Assembly (NCBI GenBank): GCA_964016885.1
Contig: OZ024747.1
Span: forward strand, 17,236,001-17,300,000
Direction of reading: 5' to 3'
Source: Eledone cirrhosa
Lineage: Eukaryota
Length of the DNA stretch: 64,000 bases
Shown piece by piece: positions 12,970 through 26,702 of this stretch. The notes beneath the pieces were generated by a model, which saw nothing but the letters and a program-made list of their open reading frames with translations, did no database searches and had not been told where the DNA came from. A program made the translations under genes and the position numbers. Positions within the stretch are counted from its first letter, which is position 1, and the number at the start of each line of letters is the position of its first letter.

Positions 12970-14642
12970 GCATATCGATGTGTCGCTTGCTTGTCCCGGA
13001 AAATACACATCAACGTTTTGACGGTTAATCTTCGTAGTTTTACTGTAACTATTTTGCGAAAAGTAATATGTAATAGCACAAGAGAGATGGGGCAAGTTCA
13101 GCTAGCGTATGTTTATTTATATGCACATATTCACATATGGTTATATGCAAGTAGATATAGTGGAACGAAACAGCTAGTATTAAGTACTGACACGCTTGTG
13201 TGAAGAATATGTGAGGAAATCGAATGTGACAATAAAACTACCAGATGTTTTTACTATCGCTTATATAAACTTAGGTATCAATTATTCTCTTTGAAAAGAG
13301 AAAAAATATGTATTTATTCTATCAGCAGGGATTGTGCTCATTAACTCAAACATAGAATACTAAAGGTAACTGTGATAACAGACTAATATATAAATAACAA
13401 AAACTAGAGGAAAATATTGACTTAAATATAATTTACTTGTAAAAGTATGTATAAACTAAGAGAAAAATATTTGTTTGATTGTCTGCCCCTGTTTTCGACA
13501 GATTTGTATTTTATTTTATTTTATTTTATTTTATTTTATTTTATTTTATTTTTCAAACAAGTTATTTCGTCGTAAAATATGTTGTTGCCGCAGAGAAAAA
13601 ATATATATTTATGTTCTACTAATACACATACTTTATAGTCTGCTACAGGGTGCAGTTGTTAATTTTGTACATGCACTCAAATGTTTATATACGTTAACTG
13701 CACACGTTTCATTGCACTCTTCTTTATATATGCTTCAATAAACACTATATACACATATATATAAACATATATATATGTGTACCTATATGACCGTAAGCGT
13801 GCATGCGTGGATATTTACCTACCTATCTATATTTCTATTTATCAATGTATGTGTGTATGTTGGAGTATTGTAAATTTACTGTCAATTATTTAAATCAAAA
13901 GGAACACAATTCACTAAAACTTTCAACAGTACCACAAAATGAATTGTAATAACTGTTAATCTAATGTCTATTAGAAAATGTTCTTAAATTCGTATCATAA
14001 TGTATATTAATTTTATTACAGCACTTGAAGCTACAATCTTTATACATTTAAGGAAGAATACTTCAGGAAAGTGATGTGTTTAATTTAATTATATTCATAA
14101 TGTGCGGTCGATTAATATACTTTTAATGAATACACATGGGATAACGTTTTATGTGATCTGTCTGAGAAAGGTGTAATAAGCATACGTAGAGAAAAAAAAT
14201 GATTTCTTATGCACACAATTTGAAAATCACTACTAAAGGTATATAGATATTTATTTCTCACAATAAGAATGGGAAATTATATGTGAAGAAGGAAAGGTGT
14301 CTTTTTGTGCTACTTATAGTAAATGAGAATTCTTGCTTTATTGTGTGTATATAAATATAAATATTAATATATTTATATATATAAATGAACATAAGTATCT
14401 ATATGATAGTAATGAACAAAACCAACTAGGGTAACAACACGTCGAAATGCAAGAAAAGTAGTGAAAAGTGGCAAAGGATAATAGCAAAGTAGATTCTACG
14501 TATTTATGATAAACGTAAGAAGAGACAAAGAAATCATATGTAATGATATATATCATTCAAGAATTTGAGAATTTAATAGAATAAAATGAATCTTTATGTA
14601 TGTGACCGACCGTGATTATAGATCTGTATGTTAAAGCAATAT

Positions 14643-14645
14643 AAC

Positions 14646-14700
<55 letters not shown>

Positions 14701-14702
14701 TA
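14643..14702. repeat. (AAT)n microsatellite
   Basis: Direct inspection. Confidence 0.95.
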
Positions 14703-15178
14703 AGTGATTATAACTCTGCGTGTGTTTGTGAGATACTTAGAGAAGTTTTGGGACTATGAAATAAATTAAAGACAAATTGGGAGAGATGAGATGAAATAAA
14801 TATATATATATATATAGTGAGGGATGGTAAGAGAGATAAGTAGTGAGATGGAATATAAAAGACAGAGAGAAAGAGAATGAGACAAGCGACCGGGATAAAA
14901 AGTGTGAGAGACGCAATCAGGCAAAGAAATAAGAAAATTTGTAAAAACCGATAAAGTCGAAGAGAATGTACTGGTATGTATATGTGAACTGGACTACTAA
15001 ATGCAGCAGCAGTAAGAAAATGTACTCCTTCAAAAAACTCTTCAATACTAGTAGCTATAGTAGTGGTGGAAGATATGCGTGTGAAAGCAAAACATAAAAA
15101 AAGATACATAACTATGTACACACAAACGTACGCAGATCATTGTGTATATGTATGTATTCATGTGTGTATATATATATG

Positions 15179-15249
<71 letters not shown>

Positions 15250-15355
15250 GCATTCAAAAGTGTAGTAAATATGTGTGTATAATGGATAAGCACATTTTCA
15301 CAATAAATATATACCCGTACTATAGAACAATATACAATTACATACATACACATTA

Positions 15356-15401
<46 letters not shown>

Positions 15402-16475
15402 TGTTGTTGGGATAGTATTATGTCGGGGAAAAGAAAACGGCATGAGCCAATGTACGTGGGCAATGATTACGAAAACGAAAGAAGAATTAGAAAAGGGAGT
15501 AGGAGGAGAGAACAGTGTTAGAATAGAAAAGATAGAGAAGGGGAGAGAAAGAGAGGGGAAACAGAAACATAGGGAAAACGTAGGAAAGTCGGAGGGGGCA
15601 AGGTGGAGAAGTGTGATGAGGACGGTGCTGGCGATAGGAGAAGAACAGCCAAAAGTTAGCGAAAGTGCGATTTATTTGGATATGAAGTTGGGGAGGCTAA
15701 GAGAGTAGAAGAGAAATCGTGAGTGAGATTTCAAAAGAGAAAGAAGAAAAGGTGTTAAAAATAAATAGAATAGTTAAGCACATAGGTAGGTAGCTTGAGG
15801 AAAAGTAATAAAAACAGGTGCAACTACCACAAAAATTTCTGGTAAAACGCTGAAAAGGAAGACGCGAGATTCATAAGTTAGTATATTATTTGTATGTGTG
15901 CGAGAGAGTGGGTAAATGTGTAAGTACTTATGTTAGAGAGTGAGGGAGAGAGTGAGTAAATGAATGAGTGAGTGAGTAAGTGAGAATCTGCCAGATATAT
16001 TCTAGACTGTAAAATGATGTACGCCAGAATGGAGCTTGAAACTGGAGATACAATTTCGTAAGTTGATACGTTGAAAGTACAAAAAAAGTAATAGTAGGCA
16101 ACAAAAATGCCTGACTCTTTATCCCCTGCACAAACAAAGACAATTATACTAGCACACACCACACACATACAATCACACACACATACACACATACACGAAG
16201 ACACTTATAGACACACGTGATGACATAGACATATGTTCATATGGAAGAAGTCAATAGTCATACTCTAACGTCCTATTCTCAACAAATCTCTGTTTCTATA
16301 TCTTTATAACTGACGTAGTCACTCTTTCTATTCTGTTATAACAATATCTTTACAGATTCTTAGTCTTCCTGCGGTTAAGAACATCTGCATTGCATGTAAA
16401 TCTCTATCATTTACAAAATATAAATATGCAAATATCAATGACTGTCTGTCAATATATATACACACACAGACATAT

Positions 16476-16991
<516 letters not shown>

Positions 16992-17156
16992 ATAATAATA
17001 AATGTGAAGACTAAAATCCAAAGAGGGCTCGAAGAGTATAAATATATATCAGATATATAAGAACCGTAGAGCAAATATGCAGAAGATCGCGTTAAGGGTG
17101 AAAGCAGCGATTCTTTGCTTAAACTATAATCTGTTATTTTAATAAATAAATAAAAA

Positions 17157-17214
<58 letters not shown>

Positions 17215-17361
17215 ATACAACTCGCTATCCGCAAAATACATATAGTTAGCACCCCAAACGTAAAATTGGGATTATACTAAGGTATATCCTAATGTTTGTT
17301 GAGTGAGATGGAAGCCAGTCAGTGTAGAGCTTGAAGCTTTAAGCGTTCTCTGTTAATGTAT

Positions 17362-17398
<37 letters not shown>

Positions 17399-17685
17399 CA
17401 CAAGTGTATAATTTCATATAAGTCTACTTGTTCTATAAATATCGTAGTACGAAGCAGTAGAAAGGAGTAGCTATGCTTTCTATTTCTTCCGGATAAAGAT
17501 AATATAGAATCTCCTCGTTTTATTCTTTTTCTTCAACTGACCTACAACCGTGCTACAACGATTCACACCAGTACCTAGCAATAATAAATTTGAAATTTAA
17601 TAACACCTTTTAGAAAACCAACAATCTGTTCGATAACATAGAATGAAAAAAAAAAAATCAAATCTAGTATGAAATTTAATATGTA

Positions 17686-17760
17686 TACAAGGTGTCCCCC
17701 CAAAATGTATACACACTATGATTATGAGTGTATAAGTGTGTATATATATTTGGGACACCC

Positions 17761-17765
<5 letters not shown>
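17686..17765. mobile_element. Tc1/mariner-type MITE
   Basis: TA-caaggtgtcccccaaaatgtatacacact...agtgtgtatatattttgggacaccctg terminal inverted repeats. Related copies at 38114 and 48523. Confidence 0.75.
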
Positions 17766-17804
<39 letters not shown>

Positions 17805-18058
17805 GGGGGGAAGTATGTATATATACATATATATGTATGCATACATACATGCATATATATATGCGTGTGTGTGTGTATATGTATGTATGTATATATTTAA
17901 TTATCTGTTGATTTATTTACCCTTGTATTTATTTATACATATGAATATATTGAATATGTGTGTCAATGAGTGGCTAAATGTGTGTGTGATGTGTTAATAT
18001 AAGACACGTGTATAATAATTACTTGTATATAGATTCAACTTGCCTATATTTATTGCAA

Positions 18059-18123
<65 letters not shown>

Positions 18124-18127
<4 letters not shown>

Positions 18128-18259
18128 AGAAAAACTACAAACCCTCCATCCCAATTCTACTTTTGAAAATTACAAGAACTGTGATACCGGTAAAGGAACC
18201 AAATAAATACATATTTAAAAAAAAAAGACTCCAGTTCCTTTTTCGATATCATCTTATTT

Positions 18260-18262
<3 letters not shown>
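18124..18262 (+). mobile_element. Short repeat with a decayed HHR-like motif; inverted relative at 19545-19695
   Basis: Both copies share ccctccatc..aagaactg(c/t)ga(a/t)accggtaaaggaaccaaataaat. The GAAACCGGTA stem III palindrome is retained, but the CTGAAGA box has decayed. Confidence 0.6.
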
Positions 18263-18307
<45 letters not shown>

Positions 18308-18311
<4 letters not shown>

Positions 18312-18519
18312 CTCCAGTTCCCCAGTGAATTAACAACCCAACAAGGAACTGGGCATATCAGAGTATTGACAATATCATACACCTAAACAACATATGTACT
18401 TGTCTATACCATACTAATTCAAACTGCCTGAAGAGGTCACAGCCAAAGATGGCTGTCACTGAAATATATATAGCAGTAATAAACGAAGCTAAATTTTAAT
18501 CATTTGACTTTTATTTAAC

Positions 18520-18527
<8 letters not shown>
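18308..18527 (+). mobile_element. HHR-bearing short element between (TA)n tracts
   Basis: Nearly identical reverse-complement copy at 25988-26205. Confidence 0.85.
18423..18477 (+). ncRNA. Type I hammerhead ribozyme with palindromic stem III
   Basis: actgc-CTGAAGA-ggtcacagcc aaagat ggctgtcact-GAAA-tatata-TA-gcagt. Stem I is perfect and stem II pairs at 9 of 10 positions. Confidence 0.85.
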
Positions 18528-18587
<60 letters not shown>

Positions 18588-18619
18588 CACTAAAAACAAC
18601 AGGTGGTCGGACTGGAAAC

Positions 18620-18935
18620 TTTCTTTTTCTTCTTAACCCACTTATTCCTGAAAGGGCTGTGGGACACACTCCTCAAGCACTCTTTTCAGCGGGTTCAGTC
18701 AAAAATTACCGTCTCCAACTGATCCGGCTAGTTTCCCAAGCGAAACAATCGAAGCTGATGGATGTTATCCAACCATCTTGCTCAGGGTCTATCTCTGAGT
18801 CTCCTGTCGATAGGTTTTGCCTATAAAATCTGTCCAACAATTCTTTCCTGAGACATTCTGTGATATCTCAATTCGGAGAAGTGAGGGTTCTACTTGGAGT
18901 AACACTCTCCTCTCCGAGCTACACACTCTATCGAG
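18620..18935 (-). mobile_element. RTE-like LINE 3' fragment (degenerate)
   Basis: Minus strand translates to RMSQERIVGQIL*AKPIDRRLRDRP*ARWLDNI, which fits the RTE C-terminal R.RGRP..RW.D motif. It has an aag-rich tail. Confidence 0.65.
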
Positions 18936-18949
18936 AAACCCCGGTTAGG

Positions 18950-19322
18950 TTTTTCAGTTTTCACTTCACGAGGAAAATCAAGGAGGAAGGGAAGTGCTGG
19001 TTTCCAACAAGTTAGTTAAAAGGTGGGTGATAATGGAGTGAATAGGTTTGTTCGGTGTATGCGTCTGTACTTGGAGGAGCACGTGTCGTAGCGATCGTGG
19101 TTTCCATGGCTTTTTGTGAGCTTTCTCGGTGTACGAACCTCATAAGTCCCCTCTATTGGGCAGCTTATTTTGTTAGAATTTGTTACATTTTTGGTTGTTT
19201 TTGAAACAAAATAAACATTTTTCTCGCCAAAACTAATCCTGTACCGTTCTGTTCCGTACTACACCACCCTGCGCCACCCTAATTTGTTAATGCGAGCCCC
19301 GCGTGGCTGATGAAGAAATTAT
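18950..19322 (+). mobile_element. Degenerate Tx1/L1-like LINE 3' fragment
   Basis: tttcacttcacgaggaaaatcaagg..aagtgctg..aaaaggtgggtga aligns by eye with 33845-33920. Confidence 0.65.
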
Positions 19323-19396
19323 GTTAACCTATGACACCTTTAAAGGTATCAATATTTTCAAAAGACAACAATGTGACTATAAATAATATTTGGTGC

Positions 19397-19486
<90 letters not shown>

Positions 19487-19697
19487 GTGAGGTTTTTTTT
19501 ACAAAATGAAAAATAACCGAGGTGTCCTACACGAGTGAAAGTATAAAGAAAAAGAGATGAAATCGAAAATGCAGCTGAAGTCTTATTTTTTTTTTTTAAA
19601 TATATATATTTATTTGGTTCCTTTACCGGTTTCGCAGTTCTTCTGCTTTTTAAAAGGTGAGTTGAGATGGAGGGTCTGTGGTTTTTCTCACATCTGA

Positions 19698-19750
<53 letters not shown>

Positions 19751-19821
19751 ATCAAGGATGAAAGCAGCGATTCTTTGCTTAAACTTTAATCTGTTATTTT
19801 AATAAATAAATATATATATAT

Positions 19822-19986
19822 TAGCTGAGCGTCCAATACTCATGAGAAAGATTCATGCAATTGTCATGAAGATTCAGCATGACACAAATAAGACAATGCT
19901 GGCTCATTTTGATCGAACTCAGTATCTTGTTATTGCAAAGAGAACATCGTAAACGTTCGATCATGCTACGTTCATAAAAAATACAT

Positions 19987-20062
<76 letters not shown>

Positions 20063-20227
20063 ATGTATTTTTTATGAACGTAGCATGATCGAACGTTTAC
20101 GATGTTCTCTTTGCAATAACAAGATACTGAGTTCGATCAAAATGAGCCACCATTGTCTTATTTGTGTCATGCTGAATCTTCATGAAAATTGCATGAATCT
20201 TTCTCATGAGTATTGGACGCTCAGCTA
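19822..20227. repeat. ~400 bp foldback centred on a (TA)n tract
   Basis: Unique arms of ~170 bp with two visible mismatches around a (CA)n(TA)n(TG)n centre. Confidence 0.95.
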
Positions 20228-21338
20228 CTTGCACGTTAATTTCATGAGCAATCTCTTCCGGTGATTGAGTAACCAACAGAGATTACTTACACAAGCGTTA
20301 CATACACACACAAGCTCTCAGATATGTGTACATACGAATCAATCGTATCTAAAATCCATCCACTACACTGATGGTATCCACCAAACCTTTCTAATAAAGA
20401 ACTTACTTCCTTTTCTTCCTCTATTTCACTGTTTTTATTGTCCAATCAGCTTTCACTACCACTCACGTCTTTTTTGTGCTAACTACAGAAACATTGGAAT
20501 TTTGTGGATTTTGCTGAAAATAGATTTCCCTGGATACTCTGAATTAATCTGCTGTCATTAGATTCATCCTTTCATGGGGAGGCGCGTGGCCTTGTGGCAT
20601 GTGTGCTTGACTTACGATCATAATGTCATGGGATCGATAAAGTCTAGCCCTTTGAATTAAAGGATATTGAGCCCAGTATACTAAGCACTAAAACACGAGC
20701 CTTCATCAAGCAGATATAGTCAGAAAATGAACGGAAAACTAAATCATAACTCAACTTGGTAGACTCTGACCTTTCCTGTCAACGTCGCTAACGACAAGGC
20801 CGAATATGTTGCTATCTTCACCCAATTTGACTCAGTGAACAGAGTATGGCCGTCTGGGTACCTTTACCAGATTTTGACTGAAGCAATTCAGCCTCAATTA
20901 TTATATTCTTTGAATTTGAGACATTGTCTATTACGTCATAATTTTTTTTTTTACTTTTGCTATCTTCGAATAATCTATCTTCCTTAAATACGGCATACAT
21001 TTTACATTAACCTCGACTATAATTACTGCTAAATACTTTATTTATCTATATATTTTACTTGTTCAAAATTGTCTGCTATTCTATGTATCCATTCATTCTA
21101 TCTTAGTAATATTTGGCATCATGCCATTCTATATTCATACTTACTTTTCCGTCGCTATTTCTTACTCTATATCTAACAGTTAACTGTTTATTCAGCTATC
21201 TAACAGCAGATATCTCGGCTGTTTATCTACTTATCTCATACCCTAACTTAGAGTTTTATCAGATTTCTTTCTCTCTTTCCCAGTCAATCTATCTATGCAT
21301 CTTCTATATTTCTATCCTTTATGAATGCATGCATGTAT

Positions 21339-21386
<48 letters not shown>

Positions 21387-22749
21387 TGTGTGTGGGTGTG
21401 TGTGTGTGTGTGTGTATGTATGTATATATACACACCTATATTTCTAACATGTTAGTTGCTCTTTAGAAATGTGTAGACATACTTTTATGACAGCAATTCC
21501 TCACTATCTCACTGATATGATATAACATTAGTTAGAGTAATATATTTCATGTAGCCCATAGTAACTTCAACTAATTTTCATGATAGGATTCAAAGAGATG
21601 AGTAAGATGAGTAAAGATATATTAATAGTTGACATGTACAGTGCCATTGGAGGAACCTAGACAATAGTGCAAACCAATAAAGCCATATTACTTATAAGCA
21701 GTATTAGCTGCTTTAGGAATGCTCTATGTTGCCTCATGATACCTTATGTATTAACATTACTTTCAGAAATAGTCTACACACCAATAACCTCACCAAATTA
21801 TTGATCCTCCAATCAAATGACACGGCACGACGAAACTTATATGATGTCCTCATAATAATTACATTTGATATTGCTTTTCGCTGAATTTACTGAAACGTTT
21901 CTATCTCGCTACATTATTTTTATATAGTAGTATACAGCTACCGTCAAAAATTGCTACGGTATTCTTTATTGGAGAGCATGGCCCTTTTATTCAAAACCAT
22001 GAACGTTGATAAATTTCTTAAATAAGTCTTCGAACTTTTTAGCAAAATATTGCACTTTGATCTCAGTCACAATATTGATTTCTCTTTAGGCACAAAGCCA
22101 ACAACGTTGGTGGGAGGGAAAAGTGTCTACATGAGATGTAGATGGAATGAATCTAGGTATTGGAATTCAGGAAAAGATCTGACGAAAATTTAAAGATCAG
22201 AATGACCCTAGAGTTAAGCACATTCTAGAAACAAATTCTCAATTTCGACATAAGCCAAATGTATTTCACATTGTCAGCGAGAACAAGCATTTGTTACTAT
22301 TCATATAAACAGACATATAAACAGACATTAAATGCATATAAACAGACATTAAATAACGAATTTTCATTTGGGATAACAAGATTATTGGGTCTATGCTTAT
22401 AAATACATTTTTGAATATATTGTCAGAATAAATTTAAAACCTGAATATATATCTAAAAATATTAAATTGATTTGTGTCGTTTCATCTAAATAGTTTATAA
22501 AACAAACAGAAATCAATTGTCCCTTAGATATTATTCCGAAGGTTACCAGTTTTATAATTTTTGCGTTTCATCTAAAATGAAATTACACAAAAAAAATCAT
22601 CGAGATCTTTGAAATTAAATATTTAATATTCACCGCTATGTATGTGCGCTAGATATGATTTTAATGGCAGGGTGCGTGCAGCATTTGACTAGTGGCAGTT
22701 AAATTTGCCTTTCCAATCGTAATGGAAATGTTCCATTTTTAAAGGTATG

Positions 22750-22789
<40 letters not shown>

Positions 22790-22831
22790 TGTATGTGTGT
22801 GTATATATATATATACACACACATATATATC

Positions 22832-22891
<60 letters not shown>

Positions 22892-22972
22892 TGTATGTGT
22901 GTGTGTATATATATATGTGCGTGTGTGTGTGCATATATATATATACACACACACATATATATCTATATATAC

Positions 22973-23034
<62 letters not shown>

Positions 23035-23055
23035 GTATATATATATATATATATG

Positions 23056-23248
23056 GAATAGTAAAAAGTTCAAGACCCCAACGGCAGAGCTCAAGACGTT
23101 TCGACGGCTAGTTCTGGCCTCAAAACGGATTGAGCTCTGCCGTTGGGGGTCTTGAACTGTTTCCTATTACCAACTCTACTACCCTAAGTATTGAGTACTC
23201 AGGTGCGTTATGGTCCATCTGCTTCCTTACCACACCTCCATCGTTATA
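23056..23248. mobile_element. TA-embedded hairpin element, copy 5 (opposite orientation)
   Basis: ccctaagtattgagtactcaggtgcgttatggtccatctg is the reverse complement of the family body. Confidence 0.85.
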
Positions 23249-23256
23249 TATATATG

Positions 23257-23415
23257 CATGGACACACTCGAAGAGGAAGGCCGGAGTTAACATATGTTGA
23301 TGCCCTAAGGACAGACACTGGTCTGATGGAGACGCAGGACATGGCAGCGATAATGAGGGACAGAGACCGCTGGAGAGAACTCGTCCATGGATCTCGGGAA
23401 TTTTACCCGCCCTAG
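23257..23415 (+). mobile_element. RTE-like LINE ORF C-terminal fragment
   Basis: HGHTRRGRPELTYVDALRTDTG..MRDRDRWRELV. Confidence 0.75.
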
Positions 23416-23569
23416 AGAATCAGTGTTGCGACGAAAGGAATTTATTGTACATATTACAATTGTTTCTCGGGCGACCATCTCGAGGCACGGTCGATGTGGT
23501 GATCAAACCTGACTCTGAAATCGCAAGGTCCTCGGATTCGTCTCGATTCTACGAAGCAGATTTTCCTAT

Positions 23570-23625
23570 TTATATATATATATATCAGGTCCATATATAT
23601 ATATATATATGTATATATCAGGTCC

Positions 23626-23658
<33 letters not shown>

Positions 23659-23806
23659 CATAACATATATATATATACACATATATATATACATATACAT
23701 ATATATATATATATACACATATATATATATATACACATATATATATATATATACACATATATATATATACACATATATATATATATATACACATATACAT
23801 ATACAC

Positions 23807-23840
<34 letters not shown>

Positions 23841-23868
23841 ACATATACATATATACATATACATATAC

Positions 23869-23900
<32 letters not shown>

Positions 23901-23937
23901 ATATATACATATACATATATATATATATATTTATATA

Positions 23938-23968
<31 letters not shown>
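23570..23968. repeat. Compound (TA)n/(TACA)n microsatellite
   Basis: Direct inspection. Confidence 0.95.
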
Positions 23969-25034
23969 GCATCATTATTCTAATGAAGTAGCTTCACTCG
24001 ACTGCTCATCTCTCATTAAAACAACTGACACTTTGCTTATGTCAGAAATCAATATAGCCGGCTTTTGAGCTGTAAAGCATCGGTCAGCTTCATAACATTT
24101 AAAAGTAGTTTCCATTCACCATTGAAATAGATTAATCCCCTTACATTATTAATGTTCTTGGGGCATGCATATGGTATAACCTAATTCAACTGTCCAATGC
24201 ATTCATTCATACAATGCGCAAACTACAGACAGCTAAATACAGCTCGATCGTTCTAGAAACTTAGTCTAACAGTTCCTGCATTCTAAACTTGATCAAGACT
24301 GTCCATCTAGCTGAACACATACAGTCTATCGCAACTCAATTTTTCGTCAGGTCCATAAAAATAGAAATTAATTCGTTAGGTCGTATTTTAATTGCAATCT
24401 TGTTTTTTTATCTTAAAATAATTGGGCTTCGCTTGATTGATTTGAACAAACTGTACTGTGTGAAAACCGATGAAGAATTCCCGTGCATCGATTTAAGTTT
24501 AGTTGTTTATTTTATACAATTAATCTTATGTAGCCCCTCATTCTTATACGTCTAAGAAGCTCATTCCCTAACCAAGATATCCCAGAACATACGCCCCTTT
24601 GCGGTACCAGAGACAAGAATCTCCTTGTATATCCCGGGGAACTGGGTCGATAAGACCGATTACATTGAAGCTATGCTACCTAGGATAATTTTTTCAATAG
24701 TAAATTGAACTTCATTGGAATTTAAACCACTAATGTATGAAGAAAACACATCGGATATTAATTTATCAATCCCACTGATCGAAAACATTCACTGTAACCA
24801 TTATTTCTCACATAGACACAGTTACACATATCTTATTGGAATATTTAAAAGCAATAAAATAGATCCACAAACCTGCGTAGCAATGGAAAGATGAAAAGTT
24901 TAATCGATCTTGGTAGGTTTGGTTTTAGAAGATCAGAATACAGTGTAATATTCTGAAACACAAATATCGAATCATACCGGGATCGATTTTACTTTACGTA
25001 AATCGATCGCACTTTTCCCCTGCAATAAATCTTA

Positions 25035-25190
25035 CTACCATCGGCATGAGGTCAGCAATTTATAGGGGGAGGGGAGTCAATTATATTGACCGCAGTACTT
25101 AACTGGCACTTTATTTTATTGACCTCAGAAGGATGAAAGACAATGTGGGCCACGGAAGGATTTTTTATCAGTCGTAATTAAATACTGCAA
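25035..25190 (-). mobile_element. SINE family A, degenerate
   Basis: actggcactttattttattgacctcagaaggatgaaagacaa is the reverse complement of the family A core. Confidence 0.7.
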
Positions 25191-25447
25191 ATTTTACATT
25201 GTAATGATAATTTCTTATAAAGACATATAACTACCCAGATAGGAAACTATTGTATACCAGAGTTCCGCAACGGCATTCGTTCGCACCCCTAGAGGAGCGT
25301 TTGGAGTTATCAGGGGGCACCAAATAGGATTATACTGCAGAAGAAATACTTTCATGATTTAAGGTGTTGTGAAACAATTTGTATATCATAATCAGTGAAG
25401 GGAATAACAATAAGCTAGGCTGCCAAATTATATATACCAATTTTAGA

Positions 25448-25580
25448 TATTTTACTAATTTTAAAAGAGCTTTCGTTTTACTATGTACCCAAAGTGTTGT
25501 TAATAATACCATTTTCACATATTTTCCTAATTTTAAAAGAGCTTTCGTTTTAATATGTACCCAAAGTGTTGTTAATACTA
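25448..25580. repeat. ~71 bp tandem duplication
   Basis: ctaattttaaaagagctttcgtttta.tatgtacccaaagtgttgttaata occurs twice. Confidence 0.9.
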
Positions 25581-25987
25581 GGGTACATTTCATAGACCCG
25601 AAGTTCTTTGAACTACAACTGTCATAAATGTAAAGCTACTTACATTTATTTTGAGGCTCTATCATTATTTCATAACTGTAAAAGGTCGGTGTAGCAATTA
25701 TTCAATTGTTTTATAGGGTGTTTGGCAGAAGAACGATTGGGAAACATTGGAGCAAGCAAGTAACACTATTTTTAATATTATTTCGTTATGTTATCGAAGG
25801 TGAAAGGCTGAAAGCCAAAGTTTAACCCTGAGGTAATACGAAGTTAGAAAGTAACAGGAGCTATTTACTTATTGTAAATCAATTTATTAGACCACTCTAC
25901 TGCTTCAGTCTAATGCTGCCCTTTCGATAGGTATTAATGAAAATATACATCATGAATCATGTAGGTTTTAAGGCATATATATATATA

Positions 25988-26515
25988 TAAAGTTAAATAA
26001 AAAGTCAAATGATTAAAATTTAGCTTCGTTTATTACTGCTATATATATTTCAGTGACAGCCATCTTTGGCTGTGACCTCTTCAGGCAGTTTGAATTAGTA
26101 TGGTATAGACAAGTACATATGTTGTTCAGGTGTATAATATTGTCAATACTCTGATATGCCCAGTTCCTGGTTGGGTTGTTATTTCACTGAGGAACTGGGA
26201 TCATATGAATTCAAGCAAATGAATTTCAATGTCAAAGGTCCTCATCTCCTCTCATTGGTCAGTTATTAGAACATTCCTCATTCTGAGTGTTGTTATTGTT
26301 GGAGTTAGCTTAAAAAAGTTATAAAATGGTAGAAGGGACAAAGTGTTAAAGGAACAAAATAACAAAAAAAGTGTCAAACTTCCCATTGGTCAGTTCTGAG
26401 AGCATTCCTCAGTCAGAAGTCTATAGAATTCTTTCTGGGTGAGACTCCCTGTAGTGTTTTTGTTTGCTATTGTTAACAAAATTTTAATCATTTGACTTTT
26501 TATTTAACTTTATTT
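25988..26515 (-). mobile_element. Longer copy of the 18308 HHR element with short inverted ends
   Basis: 25988-26205 is the reverse complement of 18308-18527. aagttaaataaaaagtcaaatgattaaaattt is inverted at ~26479-26512. Confidence 0.8.
26035..26089 (-). ncRNA. Type I hammerhead ribozyme
   Basis: Reverse complement of 18423-18477. Confidence 0.85.
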
Positions 26516-26641
26516 TACACTACTCCGGAGTAACCAAACCAACCTGCGCACTTCGTCGAGTGCTCCAGCCTGCATACTGAGGTGCTGGTATACAACCAAC
26601 ATAAACTCAAAATCTATATATATATATATATATATATACAT

Positions 26642-26702
<61 letters not shown>

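Noticed and set aside
19307-19325. CTGATGA hammerhead box
   Set aside because: It corresponds to the decayed polyadenylation region of the Tx1 3' UTR, and there is no GAAAC partner.
23440-23480. Minus-strand GAAACAATTGTA (HHR 3' half)
   Set aside because: No CTGANGA upstream. At most a truncated remnant.
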